DNA from: Cetorhinus maximus
Lineage: Eukaryota
Reading direction: 5' to 3'
DNA length: 64,000 bases
Assembly: GCF_964194155.1 (NCBI RefSeq)
Contig: NC_135916.1
Coordinates: forward strand, 1,798,001-1,862,000
Under the pieces are notes generated by a model. It ran no database searches and was not told the origin of the DNA. It worked only from the letters and a program-made list of their open reading frames with translations. Below, piece by piece: positions 12,355 through 24,100 of this stretch. The stretch's first letter is position 1; every line of letters begins with the position of its first letter. Made by a program: the position numbers and the translations under genes.

Positions 12355-13008
12355 TTATCTCGTTTTGGGCTTGGCCCTCGCTATCGCCACTTTTTTGACG
12401 CCCGTCACCTTCTTGGCAGGAGACTTTCTCTTGGGGGCTGCTTTTTTCACCGGCTTTTTGGGAGTTGCCGCCTTCTTGGCTGTTTTCTTGGCCGCTGCTT
12501 TCTTCGCTGGGGATTTCTTGGCCGCTGCTTTCTTGACTGGAGTCTTCTTGGCCGTTGCTTTCTTGACTGTTTTCTTGGCCGTTGCTTTCTTTGCTGTCAC
12601 CTTCTTGGCTGCCGCTTTCTTCACTGGAGATTTCTTGCCAGCTGCTGCCTTCGCCTTCTTTCCCACTTTCCCCGGGGTTGTGTTCTTAGGGACTTTGAAG
12701 GAGCCCGAGGCGCCCGTGCCCTTGACCTGAACCAGGAAGCCATTCTTCACATTCCTCTTGATGCTTTGCTTGATCTGGGAGCCCAGTTTCTCCACATCCA
12801 GCCCTTTGCCGCGCAGCGCCTTCTTGATCGCGGGCAGCGACATCCCCTTGCGATCGCTGCAATCCGCCACAACCTTGAGGATCTGCTCGCCCAGCTTGGG
12901 ACCGGCTGCACTGCTCCGGGGAGCCGCCTTCTTCTTCTTCTTGGGAGTCTTGACCTGGGCGGCGGGAGCGGCTGGAGGAGCCGTTTCGGCGGCTGCAGTA
13001 TCGGTCAT
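12355..13008 (-). CDS. H1: Linker histone H1
   Basis: 217 aa; globular domain with LVQVKGTGASGSFK; Lys/Ala tail with S/TPxK repeats; stem-loop at 12282-12297. Confidence 0.96.
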   Translation of the reverse strand: MTDTAAAETAPPAAPAAQVKTPKKKKKAAPRSSAAGPKLGEQILKVVADCSDRKGMSLPAIKKALRGKGLDVEKLGSQIKQSIKRNVKNGFLVQVKGTGASGSFKVPKNTTPGKVGKKAKAAAGKKSPVKKAAAKKVTAKKATAKKTVKKATAKKTPVKKAAAKKSPAKKAAAKKTAKKAATPKKPVKKAAPKRKSPAKKVTGVKKVAIARAKPKTR

Positions 13009-13084
13009 GTTCCGGGACTCTGCACAAAAGTGTCTCTGTCGATCTGAACGGGCTGAGAAATGAAGCCGCTGGTGGCGGCACTGA

Positions 13085-13504
13085 GCAACTTAAAGGCAGC
13101 GAGCGGACGGGGCGGAGACAGGCTGCTGTCAGCTCCAGGCTGCTGCTGCCTCTCTGTGTTTTTCTCTCCTCACAAACTCCCCAATTCCATGGAAATTCCG
13201 GCTCTCCAGTGTCCCAGACTCAATCCATCTTATCTCTGACATTGTAATGTTTGCTGTCGAAAAGATGTCACGCGAATTGAAGACTCCAGTTTCGATTTAA
13301 ACCTGATTTACTGCGGCTCCTTCACCCGATCACTGACATGTCCTCTAGTTTTGGACTGAAATCTAGAAAACAACACAGAAATGATCTTGAAATCTCACTT
13401 CGGGGTTAAGTTGGGGAACAGGGGGAATTTTTGAATGGGAAATATTTTTATTTTACGCAAGCGGCACTCGGAAACCTCATGATCAGAACGGACACACAAA
13501 CACA
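13085..13504 (-). promoter_or_regulatory. H1 promoter: TTTAA, GC box, H1/AC box and upstream TG box
   Basis: AAACACA on minus strand at 13155-13161; inverted copy at 13498-13504; no CCAAT seen; equivalents at 40283/40626 and 56192/56535. Confidence 0.75.
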
Positions 13505-14239
13505 GTTTCATTCCTCTGACTCGCCCGCCCAATTCCAACGTTCCCTTACCCAATGTTCACATCTGCACCTTCACAGGCTGAAACTAGTATCAAATGTCAG
13601 GGTCTCAGGACAGAATTGCCCCTCTTTTAGAAATTTGCACGTCTTTCTATTAATTTGCTGCATATTGTAAATTCAGAAAAAAACATCTAACACTCTGAGA
13701 CATGGGAGCCGCAGACTGTCTGATTCGCAGATTCCGTGGACAATCATATGTGATTTCAGGCTATTATCTGAATAGCTCACATCAAGATGTTTATTCCAGG
13801 GGACAATGTAAATTATCTGTTCCCGGTCCCTCCAGATCTCCCTGTTTATGTTGCTCCTCCTGAACTGACAGGTCACAATTTCACAGTTTGCAATGTACCC
13901 CTACCTCAACAACCAGAGCAGGCCAGTTATATGTGAACATGCACTCGCGGTTTGTCACGTTCCTGGCAGTAACAGAGATGTTGTGAACATGCTTCGATTT
14001 TTTATTAGAGATAATCAGAAGAAATTACCAGACCTGAATTTCTGAGAGGGGTGAGAACAGTGACAGTGTCACGCATATCAATGGAGGACGGAGCACAGCC
14101 TCAGTAACATTCGCAGCACCAGAAGTAGAGAGATGGGGGGCGAAAGGGAGCAAGAGTGAAAGGAGAGAGAGGGAGGAATAGTGAGTGAGAGAGAGATAGA
14201 GAGTGGGAGAGAGAGAGAGGCAGAGTGAATGAGAGTGGC

Positions 14240-16242
14240 ACACACACAGTTAGGCTAGTGCTACTGGGAGAAGTTCAGACTAATTCGGCAGGGGGAAGGA
14301 TCATAGAATTTTAGCAGAATAGAAACACATCACAATCCAGTAAAACAATCAATTCAGAGGGAGGACAGCTGCAAAAGCAATTAGGAGAACGAAGAGGGGA
14401 TGTGAGATAGGTCTGGCTGGTAAAAGTAGGGAAAATCCCAAGATATTCTATAAGTATATCAATGGAAAGCGGATAACCAGGGTAAGTGGAGGGCCCATGC
14501 GTGACCAAGGGGTCAATCTATGGGTGGAGCCAGAGGACATAGCTAGACTGTTGAATGAATATTTCACATCCGTCTTCACACAAGAGAATGAGGTTGAATG
14601 TGTTGAACTCGGTGAAAGAGACTGCAAGGTTCTTAAGCAAATTGATATCTGGAGTGACAAGGCATTGGAGGTGTTGGGAGGCTTAAAAGTGGACAAATCT
14701 CCAGGTCCGGATGATCTGTGTCCCAGACTGCTGAGGGAGGCAAGGGAGGAGATCGCAGGAGCTCTGACCCGAATTTTTAATTCCACTCTGGCCACGGGGG
14801 TGGTGCCAGAGGACTGGAGAACAACTAATGTGGTTCTGCTTTTAAGAAGGGTGGTGGAGATAAGCTAGTGAACAAGAGGCCAGTGAGTCCACGTCAGTGG
14901 GAGGGAAACTATTGGAGAAATTTCTGAAGGAGAATATCTATCTGTACTTGGAGAGGCAAGTTTTGATCAGAGATCTGGCTTTGTCAGAGGGAGGTCATGC
15001 CTAACAAATTTGTTTGACTTTTTTGAGGAGGTGACCAGGTGTGAAGATGAGGGTAGTGCAGTTGATGTAGTTTATATGGACTTCAGCTAAGCCTTTGACA
15101 AGGTCCCATATGGGAGACTTATAAAGAAGACAAATGCACATGGGATTAAAGATAATTTGATAAGGTGGATGAGTTGAGGGAGGTAGAGGATGATGACAGA
15201 AGGATGCTTTAGTGATTGGAAGCCCGCGCCCAGTGGTGCAGCACTGGGATCTGTGCTCAGTCCCCTATTATTTGTCATTGATATAAATGATATAGATGAC
15301 TATGTGGGGGGTAGGATTAATAAATTTGCGTATGACACAACGATTGGCCAGGTGTTTAACAGTGGGGTTGAGTGCCTTGGGCTACAGGAAGATATAGACG
15401 GGATGGTCAAAAGGGCAGATAAGTGGCAGTTGGAATTTAAGCCTGAAAATTGTGAGGATATACAATTTGGAAGGAGTAATTTGACAAGGAAGTATTCAAT
15501 GAACTGCATGGCACTAGGAAGTTCTGAGGAAGAAAGGGACATTGGCCTGTGTGTCCATAGATTTCTGATGGCGGAGGGGCACATTAGTGGGATGTTGATT
15601 AAGGCATATCTGAAACTTGCCTTTATCAATCGAGGCATAGATTAAAAAAACAGGGAGTTCATATTGGAGTTGTATGGAACCTTGGTGTGGCCACAGCTGG
15701 AGTACTGCGTGCAGTTCTGTTCGCCACATTATATGAAGCATGTGATTGCACTGGAGGGGTTGGAAAGGCGATTAACCAGGATATTGCCATAGATGAAACG
15801 TTTAAGTTATGAAGAGAGGTTGGATGGACTTGTGTTGTTTTTGTTTGAGCAGAGAAGACTGAGCGGCGACCTGATCGAGGTGTACAAGATTATGTGGGTC
15901 ATGGACAGGGTGGATAGGGAGCTGCTGTTTCCCTTATTTGAAGGGTCGGTCACAAAGGGGCATATGTTCAAGGTGAGGGGCAGGACGTTTAGGGGAATGA
16001 GAGGAAAAACTTTTTTACCCAGAGGATGCTGACTGTCTGGAATGCACTGCCTGGGAAGGTGGTGGAGGCGGGTTGCCTCACTTCCTTTAAAAGGTACCTG
16101 GATGAGCACTTGGCACGTCATAACATTCAAGGTGCCAATATATGGTAAATGGGATTAGGCTAGTAGGTCAGGTGTTTCTCACGTGTCTGTGCAGACTCGA
16201 AGGTCCGAAGGGCCTATTTTGCTCTGTGATTCTGTGATTCTG
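14240..16242 (+). mobile_element. CR1 LINE, degenerate ORF2 and 3' end
   Basis: Fragments LLNEYFTSVFT, DKSPGPD, VPEDWR, GSVLSPLLFVI, KFAYDT, RLSGDLIEVYKIM; (CTGTGATT)n tail; absent at the paralogous site ~58260. Confidence 0.9.
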
Positions 16243-16888
16243 CGCGAGAGAGAGAAAGAGAGAGAGAGAGCTGTCTCTCTGTAACTACCATGTGTCAACA
16301 TAACATCGATTGATCTTCGTATCTATCATCGGATAGAGGAAGACATATTATCAACGTTTGAATAGAATATGCGCACATCACAATTAATAATTGTGTTGCA
16401 AATATCGGCTGGAACCATAGAGGGATATACTTCCATTGAAATAGTTCAGTGAATGTTAATGGTAGATTCCTGGAATGATACTGTTGACTGATGAGGAAAT
16501 CTTGAGCAAGTTGAATTATAATCAATGGAGCTTAGAAGATTGGCAAGTTTTCTTTTTGAAACACCGAAGATTCTGAACTTGATCGGTAAAACTAATTTAA
16601 AACTGACAGATCCCCAATAGTGAGAGTTGACGCGATTCAGCTGCAGCTAATAATGGGCCAGAGGTAGACACATATCTTTCACACAAACAGGGAAATGCCA
16701 GAGGGTGAGGTAAATAGAATCCGAAATGTAATTTCGATGACCTCTGGAGCTCTCTGGAATAATTCGCCTAAAATTGTTCGCTATGACACTAAGTGACTGA
16801 CAGTTTCAATCTGATTCTGTTAAACTGGGTCCTTTAAGATCAGATATGAATTTCTGCGCGGTCACAAAAAACAAGTAGATTCACTGGG

Positions 16889-17047
16889 ATAAAGGCAACA
16901 ATCTGCGGGTGCTGGAATTCTGAAACAAAAACAAAAAATACTGGATATCCTCAGCATATGTGGGAGGCAGGGATGGAGACAGTCTTCCTCTGCACAGATG
17001 TCGTCAGATCTGCTGAGTTTTTCCAGCATTTTATGTTTTTTTTTGTG
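16889..17047. mobile_element. Short fold-back Penelope pLTR remnant
   Basis: Inverted arms (ctgg...ctcagca / tgctgagttttccag); flanked by direct repeat TAGATTCACTGGG. Confidence 0.7.
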
Positions 17048-17199
17048 ACATAGATTCACTGGGCGGATTGATTTCCTAAACCGGTGAATGAACAGCAAAG
17101 ATGCTGCAGGGAGCGATATCAGTTTGAGCTTCATCCAGGAATCGTCCACCTGCCTGAAACTCTGCCCGTTCCACACAGACCCATTGTGATGCTCAAGCT

Positions 17200-17720
17200 G
17201 GAGAACATTGACTGAGGGGCGGAGCAAATGACGTTTGTTCGGTGACGTTTAATTCAGAGAAGCGCGTGCGCATTCCTGCCCTCATTCAACTCCTCAGACA
17301 TAGCTAGAATAGCGCATGCGCTTCGCTTCTCACAGACTCCACCATTGAAGGTTTTTCACTCAGTGAGCGGGAGACCTTTGTTTCAAACAGATAGAAATGG
17401 AAATCTTCGGGCCCGGGTAAGCGAGTAAACAGCGTTCTGATTCCAGCAGGGCCCCGGTTTGTCAGTGTGGACACAGAAATCATCATTGACTCGGGGTAAG
17501 TTCAGGGGGAACCGGGGGCTGTTTGTAAGAGGCGGAGCGGAGCGGGAACGTGTTCCGGAACTTGGAGTGAGCGGGTGGACGGGGAGAGGCCTTTCTGGGG
17601 CTGTGTGTGGCCCTGCTGAGGGAGACAGAACTTGAGCAAGCTATTGGGATTTTCTCCCCTCAATCCTGTAATGCATATTCCAAGTATAGCTGCTGATTCA
17701 TGAAACTTGTCGGCATTTGG
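17200..17720 (+). promoter_or_regulatory. Module X copy 2 (type b)
   Basis: GC box, TGACGT x2, GCGCGTGCGC (17262), GCGCATGCGC (17312), conserved core with two splice donors. Confidence 0.6.
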
Positions 17721-18634
17721 ACAATGAACAGTGGAAACAGGCGGACAGTGAGGATGGGGAACAATCAATTAAATATCACCTATCGCAGGCACCAGCTTTT
17801 CAAGTGATGTGTTAAAGAAACACTGTCGCAGCGCCTGTTAGTTTCAGTTGACGGCTCTTACAATGGGAGTTGGAAATTGAAACCTGACTTGCATCAATGT
17901 ATCTGTCCCCTCGGGTAGTGACATCCTTGGAGGAGGACAGGTCAGGACTGTTTCTGAATTTTACTCAAATGTTTGAAAAGTACCGAAGCAGATTGCTGAA
18001 GTGGAATCAGGGACTGTACTTTTTTATTATTCTTTATAATTTGTAGCGCATTAATCAAATTGATTATCAGTTGACAGGTTACGTTGACCTATTTTCTTTC
18101 AAAACCTCAGCAGATCTTGACTTACAAGAGATATGTTTCTTCCTCTAGGCAAATACATGAAGGGATGGTTTTCAAGCTGTTGATTTCCCAACCAAAATAA
18201 AAGTGCAGCCATCTCATTCTTACTGACAGCAGGTATGATATTACTCACAGAGTGCAGAGATACAGATCGAACATCATTTCCACCATCACCACGGACAGAA
18301 ATAGTCAGAGTCAAATTGATATCATTACAGATACATATGCTGAATCCAATTGTCAAACACTCAGAGGGGGTCGAGGGTGGGAAGGTGTTTGGAATAATCA
18401 CAATACACTCCTACTTAGTACCTCTGAATGGCAGGTCCACCAATTTCAGTCCAAACTCACAACCAATTTCAAATTGAAACTCACTCCATGCATGTCACAA
18501 CAGTGGAACATTGGCTGCAATTTAAATATCAGGTAATAAAGCTGATTAAAATTCACTGAATTAATCCTTGAAATTCCCCAGCATTCATAAAGCAACGCAC
18601 TAGACACAACGCCAAAGATCCCACACAGTATCAT

Positions 18635-19215
18635 ACTTTTTATTCATTCTTGAGTCGTTTGCTTTGCTGGCTGGGACAGCATTTAGTTGCCCTTGAGAAG
18701 TTGATTTATGAGTTGCTTTCTTGAGCCGCTGCAGTCTCTGTGGTGTCGGTACACCCACAGTGCTGTTAGGAATGGAGTTCCAGATTTTTGACCCAGCAAT
18801 GGCAGCATATTTCCATGTCAGAATGGTGAGGCACCTGGAGGGGAACTTCCAGGTGGTGGTGTTCTCATCCCTTGTCCCATGGGATCAACAGGGCTGAGAT
18901 TACTGTTGTCGATTATCTGTTTGTAGCCATTTGTTACAACTGAGTGGCTAGCTAGTCCATTTCAGAGGGCATTTAAGTGTGGGTGTTGAGTCACATGTAC
19001 ATTGACGACAAATTTCATTCTCTAAAGGGTATTAGTGAACCAGAAGGGTTTTTACCACAATCGACAATGGTTTCGTAGTGATCATTAATTCAATTCATAT
19101 TTTTATTGATTTTAAATTACACCATCTGCAGTGTCAGGGTTCGAACCCAAAGCACTACCCTGGCTGGCCAGATTATTAGTGCAATGACAATACAGCTACG
19201 CCATCACCTCCCCCG
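18635..19215 (-). mobile_element. tRNA-derived SINE (paralog of the 62.9 kb copy)
   Basis: GGTTCGAACCC near 19140; same flanks as the 62.9 kb copy. Confidence 0.68.
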
Positions 19216-21479
19216 GTTAATGATAAAGTACTTATTCATTAATACAGCCGTGAATACACATCACATGCCTGAGCAATATTTTCAGAATAATTATATCAAC
19301 AGATCTCAACAAACAAGAAATTTTAAAACTTAACTCACAAAGCAGATATTGACAAGTACAGTGAATAACATAACACCACTCTCATAGGAGGGACTGACAG
19401 ATACAGCTACATTCCCGTAAGAGGGGCAGACACATTATGAAACCACAGACACATACAAGAGATAGAGAGGTGTTGAATATAATCAATTTTTCAATGACAG
19501 ACTTTTCAAAATAGGAAGAGAATGGGTACCGAGAAATCAGATGTTGATAGCTACAGTAATATCAGACCTGAAAATGCATCAAAACCCATAAGCTGCTGAT
19601 TAAAACATAACAGCCTGTATGAAAGACCAAGAGATACAGCTGGGGGTGGCGCGGGGGATGTTAGTGTGGGGAGAGGTCCTTGCTCACACACTAAATTGAA
19701 AGCTACAATGTGAATATCACGCTTAAGTAATACAGGCGGACATGTTCACAGCAAAATCGACAATGACCTACAAGGTGCATGCAGACCATGGGAAAAGACA
19801 TAACTCACACACAAGAATATGATAGGCATAGACTAGACCATACCTTCTCATACCAGGGATTGACAGCAAATGATTAAATTCTCACTCATTTGAAATAACC
19901 TGAGTTTCAGCAAAATTTTTCCATGCTCACATATCTGATCCTGACACAAAGAACAGGGAAATGAATCACACTGACATTTCACAGCATTGCAGATACAGAT
20001 CATAATATGCAAATCCACATACCTGTAACTAAGAGGCAATGAGTAAAAATATGCATTACATGTCAGAAACAGTGAAAGTAAGATGCTTACTCACAAATCA
20101 GGCACAGGCAGGTGCTGAGTAATAGCCACAAATGCATTAAAGAGAGTCAATGATCCAGAGTGAAGCCCAGAATCAATTACAAACATTCATAATACAAATC
20201 ACACAGTCACACAACAGCAAATAACTAGGTGCATTTTGGAATCCCCATTCACAGGCAGGAAACAAATAAACCCCATAGTAAGATGTTAAAAAGTGAAAGA
20301 TACAGTGTGATCCCACATTGACATAGCGGAATATAAATAGTGGAGAAGAAATAAATTTCTCCCATACTAAAGACCGGCAGGTAAATGTACACGCACATAC
20401 ATACACACATGCACAGTCACACACACACCTGCAATCTCAAAATTATATAACATTGGGCCATCATTTCTCCTTGAGCCCCAACGCCAAGCTACAGATTTCC
20501 CATCTAAAATAATCATGCAGCTCTCTGCTTCGAATTGACATAGGTACATTATTGTTCAAAGAGCACAGACAGAACAGCAGTTCCACCATCACTGAGAGCA
20601 GGAATCAGATTCACATTGATCTCAAGTTTAAGATAGACGTGTTCAACGCAACAGTTAAATAAAAATGGGGAAACAGAATATTTCTTCCCAATTCACACTC
20701 ACTGAGCACCGCAGAAAGGTAGGTTCATCAATCTCAGTCCAAAACCACAAACACTATCAGATTGAAAGGCACATCATTCATTTCAGAAGAGTGCAGTCTT
20801 AGCTACAGATAGTACCACTGACTGGAACGTACCAAATTAATCTGTAAAATGTACCTAGTTTCTCACAGAGGAACACATTGAATCCCCCTCCAAAGATCTC
20901 ATACTATATCTAAAATTAAGTGAAAGTGAAATTTTAATTAATACGGCATGGATACACAACACATGCCGGTTTAATATTCTCACTATGATTCATAACGTAA
21001 GATCATTACACACTGAATCAATCAGATATGACATACACAGCATGTGAGTTCAAGCGTCTCATTATCATTCACAAAGACTTTTGCCTAGTTGCAGCCTGAA
21101 TGCTATTCCTGAGTTCTCAGTAAATAAAAGAATAAAACCTGTCTTTGATAAATGCAAAGTTTCATTTTAAAATCTGCAACACAGCTTGGAAACAGTAATA
21201 GATGAATGCATTGGAGAAATAGTTTTCAGAAACATGAATGTGATACATGTTAAGTAAAGGAGAAACCTTCACATGTACAATAATGGAGTCATATACACAG
21301 AGCATAAGTTTGAGATACACAAACAGTACAATAACTGAAATTTAGGGAATTAATTCCAACAGAGCTGATGGTCACAGGGTAGACACTTAAATTTCATTAA
21401 AATTGATTCCAAAACTGCATCCTGTACCAGACAAAGACAAATTGGAAATGAGCCCTGCACACTCCCACACAAACAGTCG

Positions 21480-21733
21480 CAGGCTCATGCACTAACACAC
21501 AGACAAACATACATAAACACAAATGCGCACACCATCTGTTGCACACATACACAAAAACACACACACACAAAATCACACACATGCACACAAACATACACAC
21601 AGGCCCTCACACACACACAAGCACAAACACACACATGCATAAATACATGCACACAGTAACAAACTTGCACTTTCTATCCAACATACACAGTCACGCAGAT
21701 ATTCACAAACATTCACACCTGCTGACACAAATA

Positions 21734-21769
<36 letters not shown>

Positions 21770-21770
21770 G
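21480..21770. repeat. Degenerate (CA)n tract (others at ~3268-3294, ~25440-25760, ~45513-45530)
   Basis: Direct inspection. Confidence 0.9.
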
Positions 21771-22409
21771 AGAAACTTATTTACAGTAAACTAAGGGACA
21801 CAGAATAATTTTCATGATCACATAGATGACCCTGAAATGTTAGGGGGGAAATACAATCATGCTGATATATCACAGAGGTACAGGTACAGGATTAGGCCCA
21901 CCCACATACACACATTTTAGCAAATGAGAGTTAATAGTAAAACACACATTCCATGTAAGATGCAGGCAAAAATACTCAAACATATACTCACAAATCAGGC
22001 ACAAGCAAGTGCAGAGTAATAGCTACACTCACATTACAGAGACTGACATATGCATAGTAAAGGCCAGCAGGAACTATAAGTGTGTTGGGATAAATACAGT
22101 CACACAAGAGTAAATAACAGGGAAAAGTGCAGAATCCCAGTTCACAGACAGGTAAAGAATAAAAAACACAGTAAGCTCAGAGAAGCTAATGAATACACAT
22201 CCATTTGGCACAATATAAAATTTGCAGTACAAATAAATCCTCACATACTCGAAACTGGCAGGTACAGAAAACACAGATACGCACAAAGAAACAACTGAGA
22301 GTTACAGAGCAAAATCTCCATTCAATTATTGCAAACTGTCAGAATGAAAGACAAACATAAGCATTAGAAACTGCCAGATGCACTTGCTGAAAATAACATA
22401 CATGAGGGA

Positions 22410-22630
22410 AAAGCGAAGAAAATGTGGGGAATAATCAGCAAGTTTGTGAGAATCTCTGGAGAAAAAAATGAGACTGAACATTTCAGGTCAATGATCCTTC
22501 ATCAGGTCGGAGTTTTCAAACAAATGGCAATTTTGTTTCTGTCTCCACAAATCTTGCCAGAGCTGCTCAGTATTTCCAGCATTTTTGACTTTTCTTCTTG
22601 AGATTTCCAATATCCACAGTATTTGGAATT
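22410..22630. mobile_element. Old fold-back Penelope pLTR remnant (related copies at ~2430-2640 and ~44685-44895; single arm at ~57935-58070)
   Basis: Inverted pLTR arms; degenerate hammerhead CUGAUGA...GAAA on minus strand at ~22478-22506. Confidence 0.6.
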
Positions 22631-22869
22631 TGCATTAGCTGCAGATTTAATCCTTCATGCCATAAACTGACAAGGACAAAGGAAATCCCATATTCACATA
22701 GCAGAAATCAACAGATTCTAAACAGAACCACCGTTCAGCTCATCAGAAATTATCAGGAACACAGCAAAATATACCACTTGCAAATCAGTGATATGAATAC
22801 AGAACAAAATACACACATCCCAAACATGAACTAACTGGTACAGCTGAAATCTATTATCACATATCAGGC

Positions 22870-23670
22870 ATGGAAAGAGAGAAAATAGGAGCAGGAGTAG
22901 GTCATTTGCCCTGTTGAGCCTGCTCTGCCATTCAATTCAATCATGGCTGACCCTATATCTCAACACCATCCAACCACACTGGCATCATAGCCTTGTCCAT
23001 TTGGAGTCTTGAAATCAATCCATTTCGCTCTTAAATATATTCAGTGACTTGCCTTTCACACTCTTCTATCATAGAGAATTGCACAGGTTTACCACCCTCT
23101 GATTGAAGAAGTTTCTCCTCATCTCTTTCCTAAACCATCTACCCTGCATCCTGAGATTGTGACCCCTTGTTCTAGAGCCCCAGCCAGAGGAATCATCATC
23201 CCTGCACCCAATCTGTCCAGCCCTGTCAGAATGTTACACCTTTCATTGAGACCCCCACTCATCCTTTTAAACTCCAGTGAAAACAGGCCTACTCGACCCA
23301 AACTCTCCTCAGAGGACAATCCTGCCATCCCAGGAATCACTCTGGTGAACGTTCGCTGCACTCCTCTTATGATAAATATATCCTCCCTTAGGCAAGGAGA
23401 CCAAAGCTGCACACAATACTCCAGGAGTGGTCTTGCCAAGGCCCTGTATAGCTGCAGTTAGACATCCTTGCTCCTGCAATCAACCATGTCACGATGAAGG
23501 CCAACATATCATTTGCCTTCTTAAGTGCTACCTGCACCTGCATGCTTGCTCTCAGTGATTGTTGTGCATGGGTACCCAGCTCACTTTTTACGTCAACCTT
23601 TCCCAGTCTATCACCATTTAAATAACACTCTCCCATGCTGTCTTTTCAACTGATGTGGATAACTTCACAC
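22870..23670 (-). mobile_element. CR1 3' fragment
   Basis: ORF pieces RPLLEYCVQLWSP, VQRTFTRVIPGM. Confidence 0.85.
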
Positions 23671-24100
23671 TAATTGGAGGTGGTTCAGAGGAGATTTACT
23701 AGATAGATACCTGGAATGAGTGTGATGTCTTATAAGAAAAGGTTGGACAGACTGTGCTTGTTTCCACTGGGTCTCAGTAGAGTGAGGGGTGATTGATTGA
23801 TGTATACAAGATCCTAAATGGCCTTGAAATTGTGGACACCAAGAGGATGTTTCCACAAATAGGGGGCTCTGTTTTTAAATTAGATATCGCCCTCTTTGGA
23901 CATGGGTGAGGATATTTTTTTCTCTCTCAGAGGGCTGTGTGACTTTGGAAATCTCTGCCTCAGAACGTAGTGGAGGCAGGGTCATTGAGAACTTTTAAGG
24001 CAGAGGTAGATAGATTTTTAATAGGCAAGGGAATCAAAGGTTATGGGGGTAGATGATAATATGGGGACTGAAACACAAAGAAATCAGCCATGATCTTGTT
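23671..24100 (+). mobile_element. CR1 3' fragment in opposite orientation
   Basis: ttggaggtggttcagaggagatttactag ... tcagccatgatct CR1-type 3' region. Confidence 0.75.

Noticed and set aside
12160-13047. Long antisense ORFs over H1 (also 39216-40175, 55194-56084) and over H2A, H3 and H4
   Set aside because: Mirror frames produced by GC-rich, repetitive histone codon usage; no independent protein motifs.
17358-17630. Module X as an snRNA, 5S, 7SL or tRNA gene
   Set aside because: No recognisable U1/U2/U7/5S/7SL sequence, PSE, Sm site or cloverleaf by eye. An Rfam search is still needed.
21397-21808. Cys/Val- or His/Thr-rich ORFs (also 25427-25849, 3182-3367)
   Set aside because: Translations of CA/TG microsatellites.
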